The notes under the pieces: generated by a model
Told to the model about the DNA's origin: nothing
The model's database searches: none
Seen by the model: only the letters and a program-made list of their open reading frames with translations
In this document: positions 25,593-37,869 of the stretch, one piece after another
Layout of the letters: each line of letters starts with the position of its first letter
How positions within the stretch are numbered: the stretch's first letter is position 1
Program-made: the position numbers and the translations under genes
Origin: Octopus sinensis
Lineage: Eukaryota
Assembly (NCBI RefSeq): GCF_006345805.1
Contig: NW_021833421.1
Location: 1 to 64,000, forward strand
DNA: 64,000 bases
Direction: 5' to 3'

Positions 25593-25738
25593 TTTTTTTA
25601 CTTGTTTCAGTCATTTGACTGCGGCCATACTGGAGCACCGCCTTTAGTCGAGGAGATCGACCCCGGGACTTATTCTTTGTAAGCCTAGTACTTATTCTAT
25701 CGGTCTCTTATGCCGAACCGCTGAGTGACGGGGACGTA
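25593..25738 (-). mobile_element. SINE family C 3' fragment
   Basis: Family-C tail sequence. Confidence 0.85.
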
Positions 25739-26195
25739 ATATATATATATGAAATCACGCGTCTGTCGTTTCTAGCAATGTGGAAAAATACAATTCAAGA
25801 ATAACAAATAAAACAAAAAATTAGCAAGGACTTGTTTTAAACCTCGCTGAAAGATCGTCACATTTATTTCAGCGGCTTCTCTCGTTCGGGTCTTATCGGG
25901 TCAGAGAAAAAGCGAGGTGAGTACGTTCAGGGGCTTCCAAAAATGTCGGCGATGCTAGACTCAAAAAACTATAAACGGGCCCCCACTCCATTTGTAGATT
26001 TGGAAAACTGTTGATTCCTTGCTGAGCTCATCCGCCCCTGCAAGTGGGTTTTTAAAGACTTTTTTTCTTCTGTCAGTTTGTCACCCACCCTCCATACATT
26101 AGGGCGTTGACGGTTTAGTCACCGACAGCTCATCCATGAAACAGGTTGTACTGGTTTGCAGGATCACCAGCTGCAGATCATATGTATGAGTGTGT

Positions 26196-26235
<40 letters not shown>

Positions 26236-26339
26236 CGTGTGTGTGTGTGTGTGTATTAATATATATATATGTATGTGTATATGTGCATGTATATGTTTGC
26301 TTGTGTGTGTGTATAATATTTGTAATATATGTATCTATG

Positions 26340-26391
<52 letters not shown>

Positions 26392-26450
26392 CATATATAT
26401 ATTATATATATTATAATATATATATCATATATAATATATATATATATTAA

Positions 26451-27648
26451 TATAAAAGGGCTTAGTAAAATAATTACTTTGCCGCATACTGAACTCATTA
26501 GAAATAGCAGCTAAAAACTTTTTTAAGGCTATTTCTAATACTTAAAGAAATCTCTCTCCATTGTTGAAATTATAATTAATCTCCCTCTGATTAATGCTTC
26601 GGATTTTACCGAAATAAGCATAGTGTTTGATGATTTTAACCCACGCTGGTGGAAAGGGGAGAACAGAGATTCTTCGCTTGCTTATTTGAATTTGTTGGCA
26701 CTGTTAGTTGGGAGCAGATCTTCGAAAGGGTATGTTCTTATTTTCAGTGTTTCCAAATCCAAACCAAGGAATTTCTGAGCCGATGATAGAAATGTTGTTT
26801 TGACTAATCTTGAAACGTACGTTCTCCAATACCTTAGCATTTGATTTTTCGATGTCTTACCCCCACTTTTGTGAGTTGAATAAAGCAAACACTATATATG
26901 AGAGAGATTTTCTTTAAGTATTAGAATAGCCTTAAAAAAGTTTTTTAGCTGCTATTCTAATGAGTTCAGTATGCGGCAAAGTAATTTATTTTACTAAGCC
27001 TTTTATATAATGTAATAATTTGAATTCGCCTTGAATGGTCCCTTTGCATACTGAACACTTGGTGAAATTGATTAATAATTAATTATTTTACCCTCATTGT
27101 TGAAATTATAATTAATCTCCCTCTGATTAATGCTTCGGATTTTACCGAATAAGCATAGTGTTTGATGATTTTAACCCACGCTGGTGGAAGGGGAGAACAG
27201 AGATTCTCGCTTGCTTATTTGAATTTGTTGGCACTGTTAGTTGGGAGCAGATCTTCGAAAGGGTATGTTCTTATTTTCAGTGTTTCCAAATCCAAACCAA
27301 GGAATTTCTGAGCCGATGATTAGAAATGTTGTTTTGACTAATCTTGAAACGTACGTTCTCGAATAACCTTAGCATTGATTTTTCGATGTCCTTACCCCCA
27401 AACTTTTGTGAGTTGAATTAAGCAAACACTATATATGAGAGAGTTTTCTTTAAGTATTAGAATAGCCTTAAAAAAGTTTTTTAGCTGCTATTTCTAATGA
27501 GTTCAGTATGCGGCAAAGTAATTTATTTTACTAAGCCCTTTTATATAATGTAATAATTGAATTCGCCTTGAATGGTCCCTTTGCATACTGAACACTTGGT
27601 GAAATTGATTAATAATTAATTAATTTTACCCTCAATTGTTGAAATTAT
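26451..27648 (+). mobile_element. Penelope-like architecture: inverted partial copy (26451-26558) plus two direct ~537-bp units (26559-27094, 27095-27632), between (TA)n tracts
   Basis: 26451-26558 is the reverse complement of 26900-27007; the units differ mainly by single-base indels; a third unit start at 27633 runs into (TA)n. The repeat structure is directly visible; the PLE assignment is inferred. Confidence 0.65.
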
Positions 27649-28059
27649 ATATATATATATATATAATATATATGAGCATGTATATGCTTGTGTGTATGTC
27701 TGTGTATGTGTATAGGCGCCTGTGTGTCTGTTAACATATATGTCCTTATATATATATGTTTGTGTGTGTTCATGTATACAATCGTGCAGTAAGCAACCAA
27801 AATGGAGGATAAAATACATGGCTATCCCAAAATATTTTTTCTACTCTACGCAAAGGCCCGACTATACTGGAATATCAAAGGATATAAAGCTGCATAAATG
27901 AGCGAATGATTATGCTGACACGTCTAAACATATCTTTCTTTTACTCTTTTATTCTTTAACATGTTTCAGTCATTTGACTGCGGCCATGCTAGAGCACCGC
28001 TTAAAAAAAACACAAAAAAACCTATATCTCTGCAGACAGAAAAAAATGTAAGTGATGTG

Positions 28060-28493
28060 CGCAGGAGTGGCTGTGTGGTAAGTAGCTTGCTTACCAACCA
28101 CATGGTTCCGGGTTCAGTCCCACTGCGTGACACCTTGGGCAAGTGTCTTCTACTATAGCCCCGGGCCGACCAAAGCCTTGTGGGTGGATTTGGTAGACGG
28201 AAACTGAAAGAAGCCCGTCGTATATATGAATATATATATATGTGTGTGTGTGTGTGTGTTTGTGTGTCTGTGTTTGTCACCCCAACATCGCTTGACAACC
28301 GATGCTGGTGTGTTTACGTCCCCGTAACTTAGCAGTTCGACAAAAGAGACCGATAGAATAAGTACTGGGCTTACAAAGAATAAGTCCTGAGAGTCGATTT
28401 CCTCGACTAAAGGCGGTGCTCCAGCATGGCCGCAGTCAAATGACTGAAACAAGTAAAAGAGTAAAAGAGTAAAGAGTAAAGAGTAAAGAGTAA
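28060..28493 (+). mobile_element. SINE family C, full-length, preceded by an opposite-strand C tail stub (27938-28002)
   Basis: gcaggagtggctgtgtggtaag..gggttcagtccc..(agagtaa)n tail. Confidence 0.93.
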
Positions 28494-28859
28494 TTTGGGT
28501 GCTAATTGAAATTATCTTCAGAGGCCATTTACAATCCCCGTTCTCGCTACAAAGAAACACATAGCTACTGGCTCTGTAAGCGCACAAAATATGGCAGTAT
28601 CTGCGAATTGGAAGTTTAATTTATAAAATTTTTAGTACCTATGCGCTGGTAGCTATTTTAATTAAATATTAAATTATGCACTAAGTAGCTGCGAATACAT
28701 ATCTGATCTTAAACAGTTTACAAGTCTTAGCCGAAGTTACGTAAATGCGTAACAAATGACATTGATGCAGAAATGAATGAGCTGAGATGTTTGACCGTGT
28801 CCGAATCATTATTTACGCATTTACGCGGCTTCATTTAAATCGAGGGAACTTTGAATACA

Positions 28860-28862
28860 CGA

Positions 28863-28938
<76 letters not shown>

Positions 28939-28943
28939 GTTTG

Positions 28944-29038
<95 letters not shown>

Positions 29039-29043
29039 GTTTG

Positions 29044-29106
<63 letters not shown>

Positions 29107-29320
29107 GTCTGTCTGTCTGAGTGTCTGTCTGTCTGTCTGTTTGTCTGTCTGACTGTCTGTCTGTCTGCCTGTCTGTCTGTCTATCTATCTAAAAATATCT
29201 ACATACATACACATGTATACATCTGGGTATAAATATATATATATATACATATATGTGTGTATGTGTGTATGTATGTGTGTATGTGTATGTGTGTTTGTGT
29301 GTGTGTCTGTGTGTGTGTGT
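28860..29320. repeat. (ATCT)n/(GTCT)n then (TA)/(TG) compound microsatellite
   Basis: Direct reading. Confidence 0.93.
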
Positions 29321-30019
29321 GTGTGTGTGCATATAAAATAAATGACGAGGGTAGAAATTGATATTAATCAATTAAAACCAACAGCTTAGCATATTGAAAA
29401 AGGCCGAAGATTAAAAACTATATTACATACAAATTAAGAGGAATGACCACCATTTGTCTTGCTCTAATTTACATTCTGGCGTTTTGCTGAAATTTTTCTT
29501 GAGAACGCACTCTTCATGGTAAGGCAATTTGACATCTATCTTTAGCATATTAGGAGTCCACTTTCAGTGGTCATTCATCTTAATTTGCATGTGCATATAC
29601 ATATATATATATATATATATATGCATATAAACATAGGCAATATGAGCATGCGCGTGTTTGACAACCACGCACACACTTACACTCACACACACGCACATAT
29701 ACATGCACACACGCACATATACATGCACACACGCACATATACATACACACACATGTTTCTGTGTAAGTGGTGAAAACAATGGTTTATAAAAATGTAAACT
29801 CGATTTCTTCGAATACAAGAAATTCCAATAAATAAATAAATAAATAAATAAATAAAACCCCCATCCTGCGTTTGTTTCACCGAGTTGAAGAACCCCTTCC
29901 TTCTTTCGTTTTCAGAAACATAGCAAAATAGTGATTGGCCATTGGGAACATACAACCAGTTTCGATATGAAAAAAATAACCGAAAAATATATTATGGTAT
30001 TTGAAATATTCTTTTCTAC

Positions 30020-30603
30020 TCTAGGCACAAGGCCCGAAATTTTTGGGAAAGGGTTCAGTTGATTAGATCGACCCCAGTAAGCAACTGGTACTTAATTTAT
30101 CGACCCCCGAAAGGATGAAAGGCAAAGTCGACCTCGGCGGAATTTGAACTCAGAACGTATAGACAGACGAAAACCTATTTCTTTACTACCCACAAGGGGC
30201 TACACACAGAGAGGAGGAACAAGGACAGACAAAGGGATTAAGTCGATTATATCGACCACAGTGCGTAACTGGTACGTAATTTATCGACCCCGAAAGGATG
30301 AAAGGCAAAGTCGACCTCGGCGGAATTTGAACTCAGAACATACAGACAGACGAAATACCTATTTCTTTACTACCCACAAGGGGCTAAACACAGAGAGGAC
30401 AAACAAGGACAAACAAGGACAGACAAACGGATTAAGTCGATTACATCGACCACAGTGCGTAACTTGTACTTAATTTATCGACCCCTAAAGGATGAAAGGC
30501 AAAGTCGGCCTCGGCGGAATTTGAACTCAGAACGTAAAGACAGACGGAATACCGTTAATCATCTCGCCCGGCGTGCTAACGTGTCTCCGAACTCGCCGCC
30601 TTA
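30020..30603 (-). mobile_element. SINE family A tandem trimer ending in an A2-type tail
   Basis: Junctions at 30175/6 and 30359/60, both at the ggt(a/t)tttcgtc site. Confidence 0.9.
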
Positions 30604-30914
30604 TGGTATTTGAAATATTGTCTGACTACAGCGAGCCCTCATCAAGCATCAAGCGACACATGTTCATATGTAAATGTCACATATAAGACTATAATAGTTT
30701 TAATGCTGTTCTATAATAATTCAGGTGTTAAAAAACGCTGAAGCTGGAGATGCAAGTCGACATGTTGCTTTTTAAACTTAGTTTTTAATCTCATTTAGTT
30801 TTGTAGTCGTGCATATTCTCTCGAAGTGTTCCTGTGTGTATGTGTGTGTTTGTGAGTGTGTGTATATTTATGTGTGTGTGTGTGTGTTTGTGAGCGTGTA
30901 TTTGTGTGTGCGTA

Positions 30915-30985
<71 letters not shown>

Positions 30986-30987
30986 AA

Positions 30988-31323
30988 TATTAGGGAATAA
31001 ATCGAAATTTACAGGGAAAAAATCAGATTTAGGATTAAATCCAATTTTATAGTAAAATATTATATAATATTAATTAGAGACAAAACCACTATTTTGCAAA
31101 ACAAACAAGGAAAGACTTAATCAATACATAAAATATTAATAAAAATTAAAAAAAACCTCCACTACAATTTGAAACTGACTTGAAAATCGGAAATCCACCT
31201 GAAGATTGTCGATCAAGACATGAAACAATTGTAGTGGCGGTTTTTTTACTTTTTATTAAAATTTTATGTATTGATTAAGTCTTTCCTTGTTTGTTTTGCA
31301 AAATAGTGGTTTTGTCTCTAATT
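30988..31323 (+). mobile_element. Foldback Penelope-like element: ~98-bp inverted arms (31072-31169 / 31227-31323) around a hammerhead motif
   Basis: The outer ~63 bp of the arms are perfectly complementary; (TA)n on both sides. Confidence 0.75.
31195..31237 (+). ncRNA. Minimal type-I hammerhead ribozyme motif
   Basis: CCAC (helix I) - CUGAAGA - U UGUC[GAUCAA]GACA U (helix II) - GAA - AC[AAUU]GU (palindromic helix III) - A - GUGG (helix I). Core nucleotides are all present; GUA cleavage triplet; U-U at 10.1/11.1. Confidence 0.75.
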
Positions 31324-31341
31324 ATATTAATATATATATAT

Positions 31342-31376
<35 letters not shown>

Positions 31377-31379
<3 letters not shown>

Positions 31380-31571
31380 AGAGTTTAACGAAAAAATAAA
31401 AGACGAAGATAGGTGGTGTACAAACAGATGTATTAGTATAACGCTCAGGAATTGAAAAAGTCTTTTACGTTTCGAGCCTACGCTCTTCTACAGAAAGGGG
31501 CACAGAAAAAACAAGGAGAGAAAAGAAAGGAGAAAAAAAATGTGTGTAGTGGCTAACGATCTATCATGGCG
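31377..31571 (-). mobile_element. Family H copy (motif 31460-31498)
   Basis: Minus strand ccttt-CTGTAGA-A-gagc gtag gctc-GAAAC-GTA-aaaga; 3' end ctccc-(TA)n. Confidence 0.7.
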
Positions 31572-31589
31572 TATATACATATATATATA

Positions 31590-31793
31590 CAGTGTGTCCC
31601 AGAAGTCGCGCACCGTTCTGGTTTTTATTAAGAATAATTAAAGCATTTTATTTTATTATATATTTTTCGGCATGTTTTATTGTAGAGGGTACTCAATTTG
31701 AGCATTTGTTATGATTAATTTCAATAACGTATTTCTGAAATCAGTAAGAATGTATTCTTTTAAAAAACCACGGTGGTGCCCGACTTCTGGGAC

Positions 31794-31799
<6 letters not shown>
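31590..31799. mobile_element. Tc1/mariner-type MITE, ~210 bp, in (TA)n
   Basis: TIR cagtgtgtcccagaagtcgcgcacc / ggtgcccgacttctgggacaccct; TA flanks. Confidence 0.8.
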
Positions 31800-31842
<43 letters not shown>

Positions 31843-32001
31843 TACTTATGCACACACGCACACATACTCTTATAAATGTGTGTGAGTCTCTGTGTGTGTA
31901 AATACACATTATATACACGCACACACACATATATATGCGTGTATATATATATATATATAAACATACATAATATGTTACATACTTTATATTTGTATGTATA
32001 T

Positions 32002-32035
<34 letters not shown>

Positions 32036-32297
32036 ACGCATGCATGAATGTATGTATGTATTTATGTCTATGTGTGTGCATGTATGTATATAGTACGTAT
32101 GTATGTATGTATGCTTGCATATTTGTATGTATGTGCGTGCAAACATCTGGAGTTAATCATCTGCTGATGTAGATCTGACAACAATGTTTAGCTAAACAAC
32201 GATTCTTATATAGAATTAATTGGTTTAAATACTCTTTAGAGTTTAAATTCTCTTTTTTTTTACTCTCACACATCAATTCCATTTTCTGCCTCTTCGT

Positions 32298-32343
<46 letters not shown>

Positions 32344-32559
32344 TACAACCATAATGGTTTCTGTATGACTAAGTCACTAAATAACTTCGTTCACCTTACT
32401 ATCAGTTGTTGGTCATCCACTTGTTGATGTCGTCCTCGTGATAGACATCAGCAAGTCTTTCAGGTTTGTTACTAAATTTGGAGAAAGGTCAATGAGCTCT
32501 CTCGCCCCACTAATCCATTTATGACTTTCGTAAACACAACGAAGCTACTCAAAAGAAAT

Positions 32560-32770
32560 AACTCTCTCTATTACAGGCGCAAGTCTTATGATAACGAAGT
32601 GGGTAGTTGGTTGACGTCGACCCCAATGCTCAACTGGTACTTATTTTATCGACCACGGAATGATGAAAGGCAAAGTCGACATCAGCATCATTTGAACTTA
32701 GAACGCAAAGGCGGAAGAAAAATCACCAAGCATTTTATCCAACGTGCAACCGATTCTGCCAGCTCGCCGC
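32560..32770 (-). mobile_element. SINE A2
   Basis: gtcgaccccaatgctcaactggtac..gatgaaaggcaaagtcgac..gattctgccagctcgccgcc. Confidence 0.8.
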
Positions 32771-32837
32771 CCATCCTTTCTTTGTTTAAAGCTATTAAAA
32801 AGTAAGAAAAGTAATAACACGAATAACCATATCTTTA

Positions 32838-32985
32838 GGCCATGACTGTGCTGTAAGGTGTTTGTTTCCCAGTCACATAGTTCTGGGTTCAGTCCCACTG
32901 CATGGCACCTTGGGCAAGTGTCTTCTACTATAGCCTTGGGCCGACGAAAGCCTTGTGAGTGGATTTGGTAGACGGAAACTGAGAC
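32838..32985 (+). mobile_element. SINE family C head half
   Basis: gggttcagtcccactgcatggcaccttgggcaagtgtcttctactatagcc..gacggaaactga. Confidence 0.85.
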
Positions 32986-33640
32986 ACAAGCATGCACACA
33001 CACACACACACACACATACAGACAAAATTTGCTTTTCTTACATTTATTCAAACCCCAAAGAATCCCTCTCAGCACATGGCTATGATGCTCCACCCCACTA
33101 CTTCTACTCATGATTAGAGATGCACATATTGTCACCCAAGGAGAAGACACGCTCAAGTGGTGAAGGTCAAGCAACTGACAAACAAATCTGTGGTGTTGAG
33201 CCGGAATAATTGCTGTAACGATATTTCTGCTTCAGCAACTCAGCTCTGAATCTGTCTGAAATGTAATGGAAAATAGTTGAGCTTCAAAACATTGATGTCC
33301 AGGTTACAAAAGTAAAGTTTGAAGGAAATTGTAACCATTTCCTCTGATTTCAAGATAGAACCGAATAGGGAATAACACTTACTGACCAAAGACAAAAAAG
33401 AAAAACATATGTATGTTACGCTGTATAACTAAACTAGGCATCAAAATAAAAGTAGTTATAAAAGGAGTGTTCTTTTTTTTAAAATTCGAATAGTAAAGAA
33501 CTTCACTTCGCAATTACAAAGCCCCTTGTTCGATCCAACCGAGTGGAATCTTGGGGCAAGTGTCTTTTCTCATGCACCCGAGTTAACCCTCGGCTTACAA
33601 CTCTTTTGAAGTACATCAGATGGATTTATGGCAGCAATTC

Positions 33641-33866
33641 GGCGATCCTTCGGTATAGATACACACGTGACTTTGTTTACATTTCTGAAGATAACAGAAA
33701 CCCTTTTCTCCTTACCCTAACCCTAACCCTAACCCTAACACAAACCCTAACCCTAACAGAAACCCTAACCCTAACCCTAACCTTAACCCTAACCGCCCCA
33801 TATATAAAAAAAAACACTTTCTTGAAATGTATCCGGTACTTCCGGTACTTATACCGAAATTACGCC
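33641..33866 (+). mobile_element. 226-bp TIR element with internal (CCCTAA)n and 9-bp TSD
   Basis: TSD cagcaattc at 33632-33640 and 33867-33875; termini ggcg....ttcggtata / tataccgaa....cgcc; ttacatttctgaaga segment shared with the 17389 family. Confidence 0.75.
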
Positions 33867-34459
33867 CAGCAATTCGATGTCCAATCCGTATCACACACTG
33901 ACTCATGCCGATTCCACTTAATAGTTATCTATATTATTAGTATACAAGTCTGTAGAATACTCGATTAGTTACGCCTATTCCAGTGAGCAGGTATTTCTGA
34001 GTACTTATCAACTGAGTACTTATTCGTCGAAACCAACGGAGATCCATTTACTGTGCAAGCAATTAACTCAGCAGAGACATTTACGTGTCTAGCAGTATTT
34101 ATGTATTTGTACATAGAGTTTCTCCTATGGAAGGCTCATCGTTTTCGTTATATACATCATATTCTGGATATGCTACTTTAGCATGTCAGTGTAAGCTACT
34201 TTTTCGAATGACGACTTCCTGCTTCCCCTTTTAAGGTCCAGCTGAAGAAAAGGACCCTGAATCTAGTCGGAAATCAATGAGAGCATCGGGTTCACGTTTA
34301 CAAGGGTTATATATATGGTCAGATTATACAGGCAGTTATATGCATACATAAATATATATCGCTTGAGTATACGCATATATACATGCATACTTACACTAAT
34401 ACAGACTCTCATCATGCCTGTCTATGCATTCAGACTGGCGCATTTAATATAGATTGTAC

Positions 34460-34960
34460 GCACGTACGTACGTGCGTATGTATGTATGTATGTTGTTATG
34501 TATGTATGTATGTATGTATGTATGTTGTATGCATGCATGGCATGTAGTATGTATGTATGTATGGATGTATGTATGTATGATGTATGTATGAATGTGTTGT
34601 ATGTATGTATGTATGTATGTATGTTGTGGTATGAATGTATGTATGTATGAATGTGTGTATGTATGTATGTAGTGTGTGTATGCATGTATGTGTGTGTATG
34701 TATTATGTATGTAGTGTGTATGTATGTATGTATGCATGTATGAATGTATGTATGTATGTATGTATGTATGTATGTGTGTATGTATGTGTGTATGTATGTA
34801 TGTATGATGTATGTATGTATGTATGTATGTATGTATATATACACATTACATACACACAGACATACATACTGTTTCCAACTATCTCCACACATGTATACTC
34901 TCACGTATTCATATAATGTATATATATGTTTGTTTATATATAGGTGTGTGTGTATATATA

Positions 34961-35018
<58 letters not shown>

Positions 35019-35020
35019 TA

Positions 35021-35058
<38 letters not shown>

Positions 35059-35189
35059 TATATATATACATATATATAAGACACACACACACATATATAT
35101 ATGTATATTATATATACATACATACATACAGACATACATTTATTTGTAAACACGCATACTTGCACACACAGGCACGCGCACGCACACAA

Positions 35190-35221
<32 letters not shown>

Positions 35222-35260
35222 ACACACTCACATACACGTAATTACATTTACACGCTCAGA
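34460..35260. repeat. Large compound (TATG)n/(TA)n/(CA)n microsatellite
   Basis: Direct reading. Confidence 0.93.
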
Positions 35261-35514
35261 CTGGGTGGGACTGCAAAAACTAGAGGTACCGCCCCTCCCC
35301 ACAGGATTAAAATCTTTTTGAAAAATAAAAATAAATCTCGCATATTTTATATCTCTACGCATAGAAAAATATACACAACATACATGCACGCGCACACACA
35401 TGCACTCACACTCACTCACATACACACACAGACACACACACATTCACTCACTCACACAGACACATACAGATGTGTCTGTATGCAATGTTTGTAGACTTGA
35501 GCTAGCACACGCCC

Positions 35515-35556
<42 letters not shown>

Positions 35557-35763
35557 GTAAGAGAGAGAGAGAGAGTGAGTAAGAGAGAGAGTGTGTGAGT
35601 GTGTGTGAGTGTGTGTGTGTGTGTGAGAGGGAGAGAGAGAGTAAGAGAGAGAGAGTGTGTGTGTGAGAGAGGGAGAGTGAGTAAGAGAGAGAGTGTATGT
35701 GTGTGTGCGTGTGTCTGAGAGAGAGAGAGAGTGAGTAAGAGAGAGAGAGTGTGTGAGTGTGTT

Positions 35764-35795
<32 letters not shown>

Positions 35796-35936
35796 TGTGT
35801 GTGTGTGAGAGAGAGAGAGTGAGTAAGAGAGAGAGAGAGTGTGTGTGTGTGTGAGAGAGTGAGTAAGAGAGAGAGTGTGGTTGTGTGTGTGAGAGAGAGA
35901 GAGAAGAGTGATAAGTAGAGGAGAGAGAGGTGTTGT

Positions 35937-35979
<43 letters not shown>

Positions 35980-36078
35980 TGAGAGTGAGTAAGAGAGAGA
36001 GTGTGTGAATTGTGTGTGAGTGTGTGAGAGAGAGAGAAAGAGAGTCAGTAAGAGAGAGAGAGAGTGTGTGAGTGTGTT

Positions 36079-36110
<32 letters not shown>
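35515..36110. repeat. Higher-order (GT)n(GA)n minisatellite with recurring gagtaagaga anchor
   Basis: Anchor recurs about ten times at irregular 20-90 bp spacing. Confidence 0.85.
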
Positions 36111-36913
36111 GTGAATCGGAGGAGAATTCCCTTCCCTAGTAGGAAGTTGCTAAGTTACATGAATATTTAGTCAAACAGCTGTAGGAGGGAGTATTTCTGT
36201 TTTTTTCTTGTTTTCTGAACTGGCTCTAAGTTGTAAATATAATAATTATTAGTATCTGAGCGGTGCGTGTTTTGAGACTGTGACAGTTGCGCCAGACACA
36301 CAAAAGCGTAGTCGAAGCAGAGGCGACTGAGGGGAGTAGGTCAAATACCATTTATTATAAAGAACGCACACAACTACTTCAGATTTATCTGTCTGCAAGG
36401 AAAACGTATGAGCTTGAATAAGGAGTACTAAAACTACGTGAAGGGTGTGTCCGTTGTGGCGATGACTCAGCCATCAGATTTGCGGCCCGAGGCGTTACTT
36501 CTCACCCACGTTTAGACAGACATTCTTTGTCGGTAGACTTTGTGTTACCGTATTCATTGAATTATTTCACACTTTTTTCAAAGTGTTTAAAGTTGTAAAT
36601 TATTTCAGTAAATAAATAACAGCTCTGCACTTCATAGAAACAGTTGTATTTTTTTTGGGGTTTTGCTCCAGGTCTACTTTGATTCAAGCAAATTTACGTT
36701 CAGGAGCATTCCAGCCTCGGCCACCACGTTGCATTTTGTACTGCCTAACGATTATATTATTTAATTTTTCATTTCCGTTTTTCAGGTTAGCAGAATGTGA
36801 TATGACTATTATTTCTAGCAATCACTATTCTGTTTCTACTATTTCTATTTTGACTGCTATTTCTAGCGACCTCGTATAAGTTCCATAGTTAGTTCATCTA
36901 TCACACTGGTGAC

Positions 36914-36914
<1 letters not shown>

Positions 36915-36944
<30 letters not shown>

Positions 36945-37390
36945 TGTATGTATGTATGTATGTATGTATGTATGTATGCATGCATGCATGCATGCATGCA
37001 TGTATGTATGTATGTATGTATGCATGCATGCATGCATGCATGTATGTATGTATGAATGTATGTATGTATATATGTATGTATGTATGCATGCATATACGTA
37101 TGTATGTATGTATGTATGTATGTATGCATGCATGTATGTATGTATATATGTATGTATGTATGTATGTATGCATGCATGTATGTATGTATATATGTATGCA
37201 TGTATGTATGTATGTATGCATGTATGCATGCATATATGTATGTATGTATATATGTATGTATGTATATATATATGCATATGTATGTATGTATGTATGCATG
37301 TGCGTGCGTGCGTGTGTATGTATGTATGCATGTATGTATGTATATAAGTATGTATGCATATATGTATGTATACATGCATGTATGTATGAT
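36915..37390. repeat. (ATGT)n/(ATGC)n microsatellite
   Basis: Direct reading. Confidence 0.95.
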
Positions 37391-37869
37391 AAATAGCAGA
37401 CCCCATCAAAAAAAAAAGAAGATGCGCAATTTTAACCCCATCTATATAATTATTCTTCTTCATCATAATATTGAACAAAGTTAAAAATCCAAAACCATTT
37501 TGATCTTCATAAAACTATCAATTTGTCTGCTGCTTTTCAATCGTTACATCCGAACCAGTGGTCAAGCAGACGACACAGTTGCAATTTTGTCCGGTAAAGT
37601 TTACACTTGGTCATATTACATCGTGGATTTATGCCTTGCTGGCTGAAAAAAAAATTCAGATACTTCTTTAAAAGACTGAAATTTATCTTAAAACTATTGA
37701 ATTATTTGAAATTTGCAAGTCACTCCACCCACAAAAAAACCCCCACTCACACAAAATAATTCGAGAAATAGGATGGTTGGACCCGAAATGTGCTCAAAAG
37801 ATAATTATCGAGGGCTATAGTTGGAAATATGCTTCTAATCAATAAAAAGAGGTCCGATTAGTAATAATA

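Noticed and set aside
33712-33794. Telomere or chromosome-fusion site
   Set aside because: Short tracts enclosed in TIR elements with TSDs; no head-to-head TTAGGG/CCCTAA array.
34235-34285. CTGAAGA...GGAAA hammerhead candidate (also CTGATGA at ~55870 and CTGAAGA at ~23613)
   Set aside because: Helix I/III cannot be formed and there is no proper NUH geometry.
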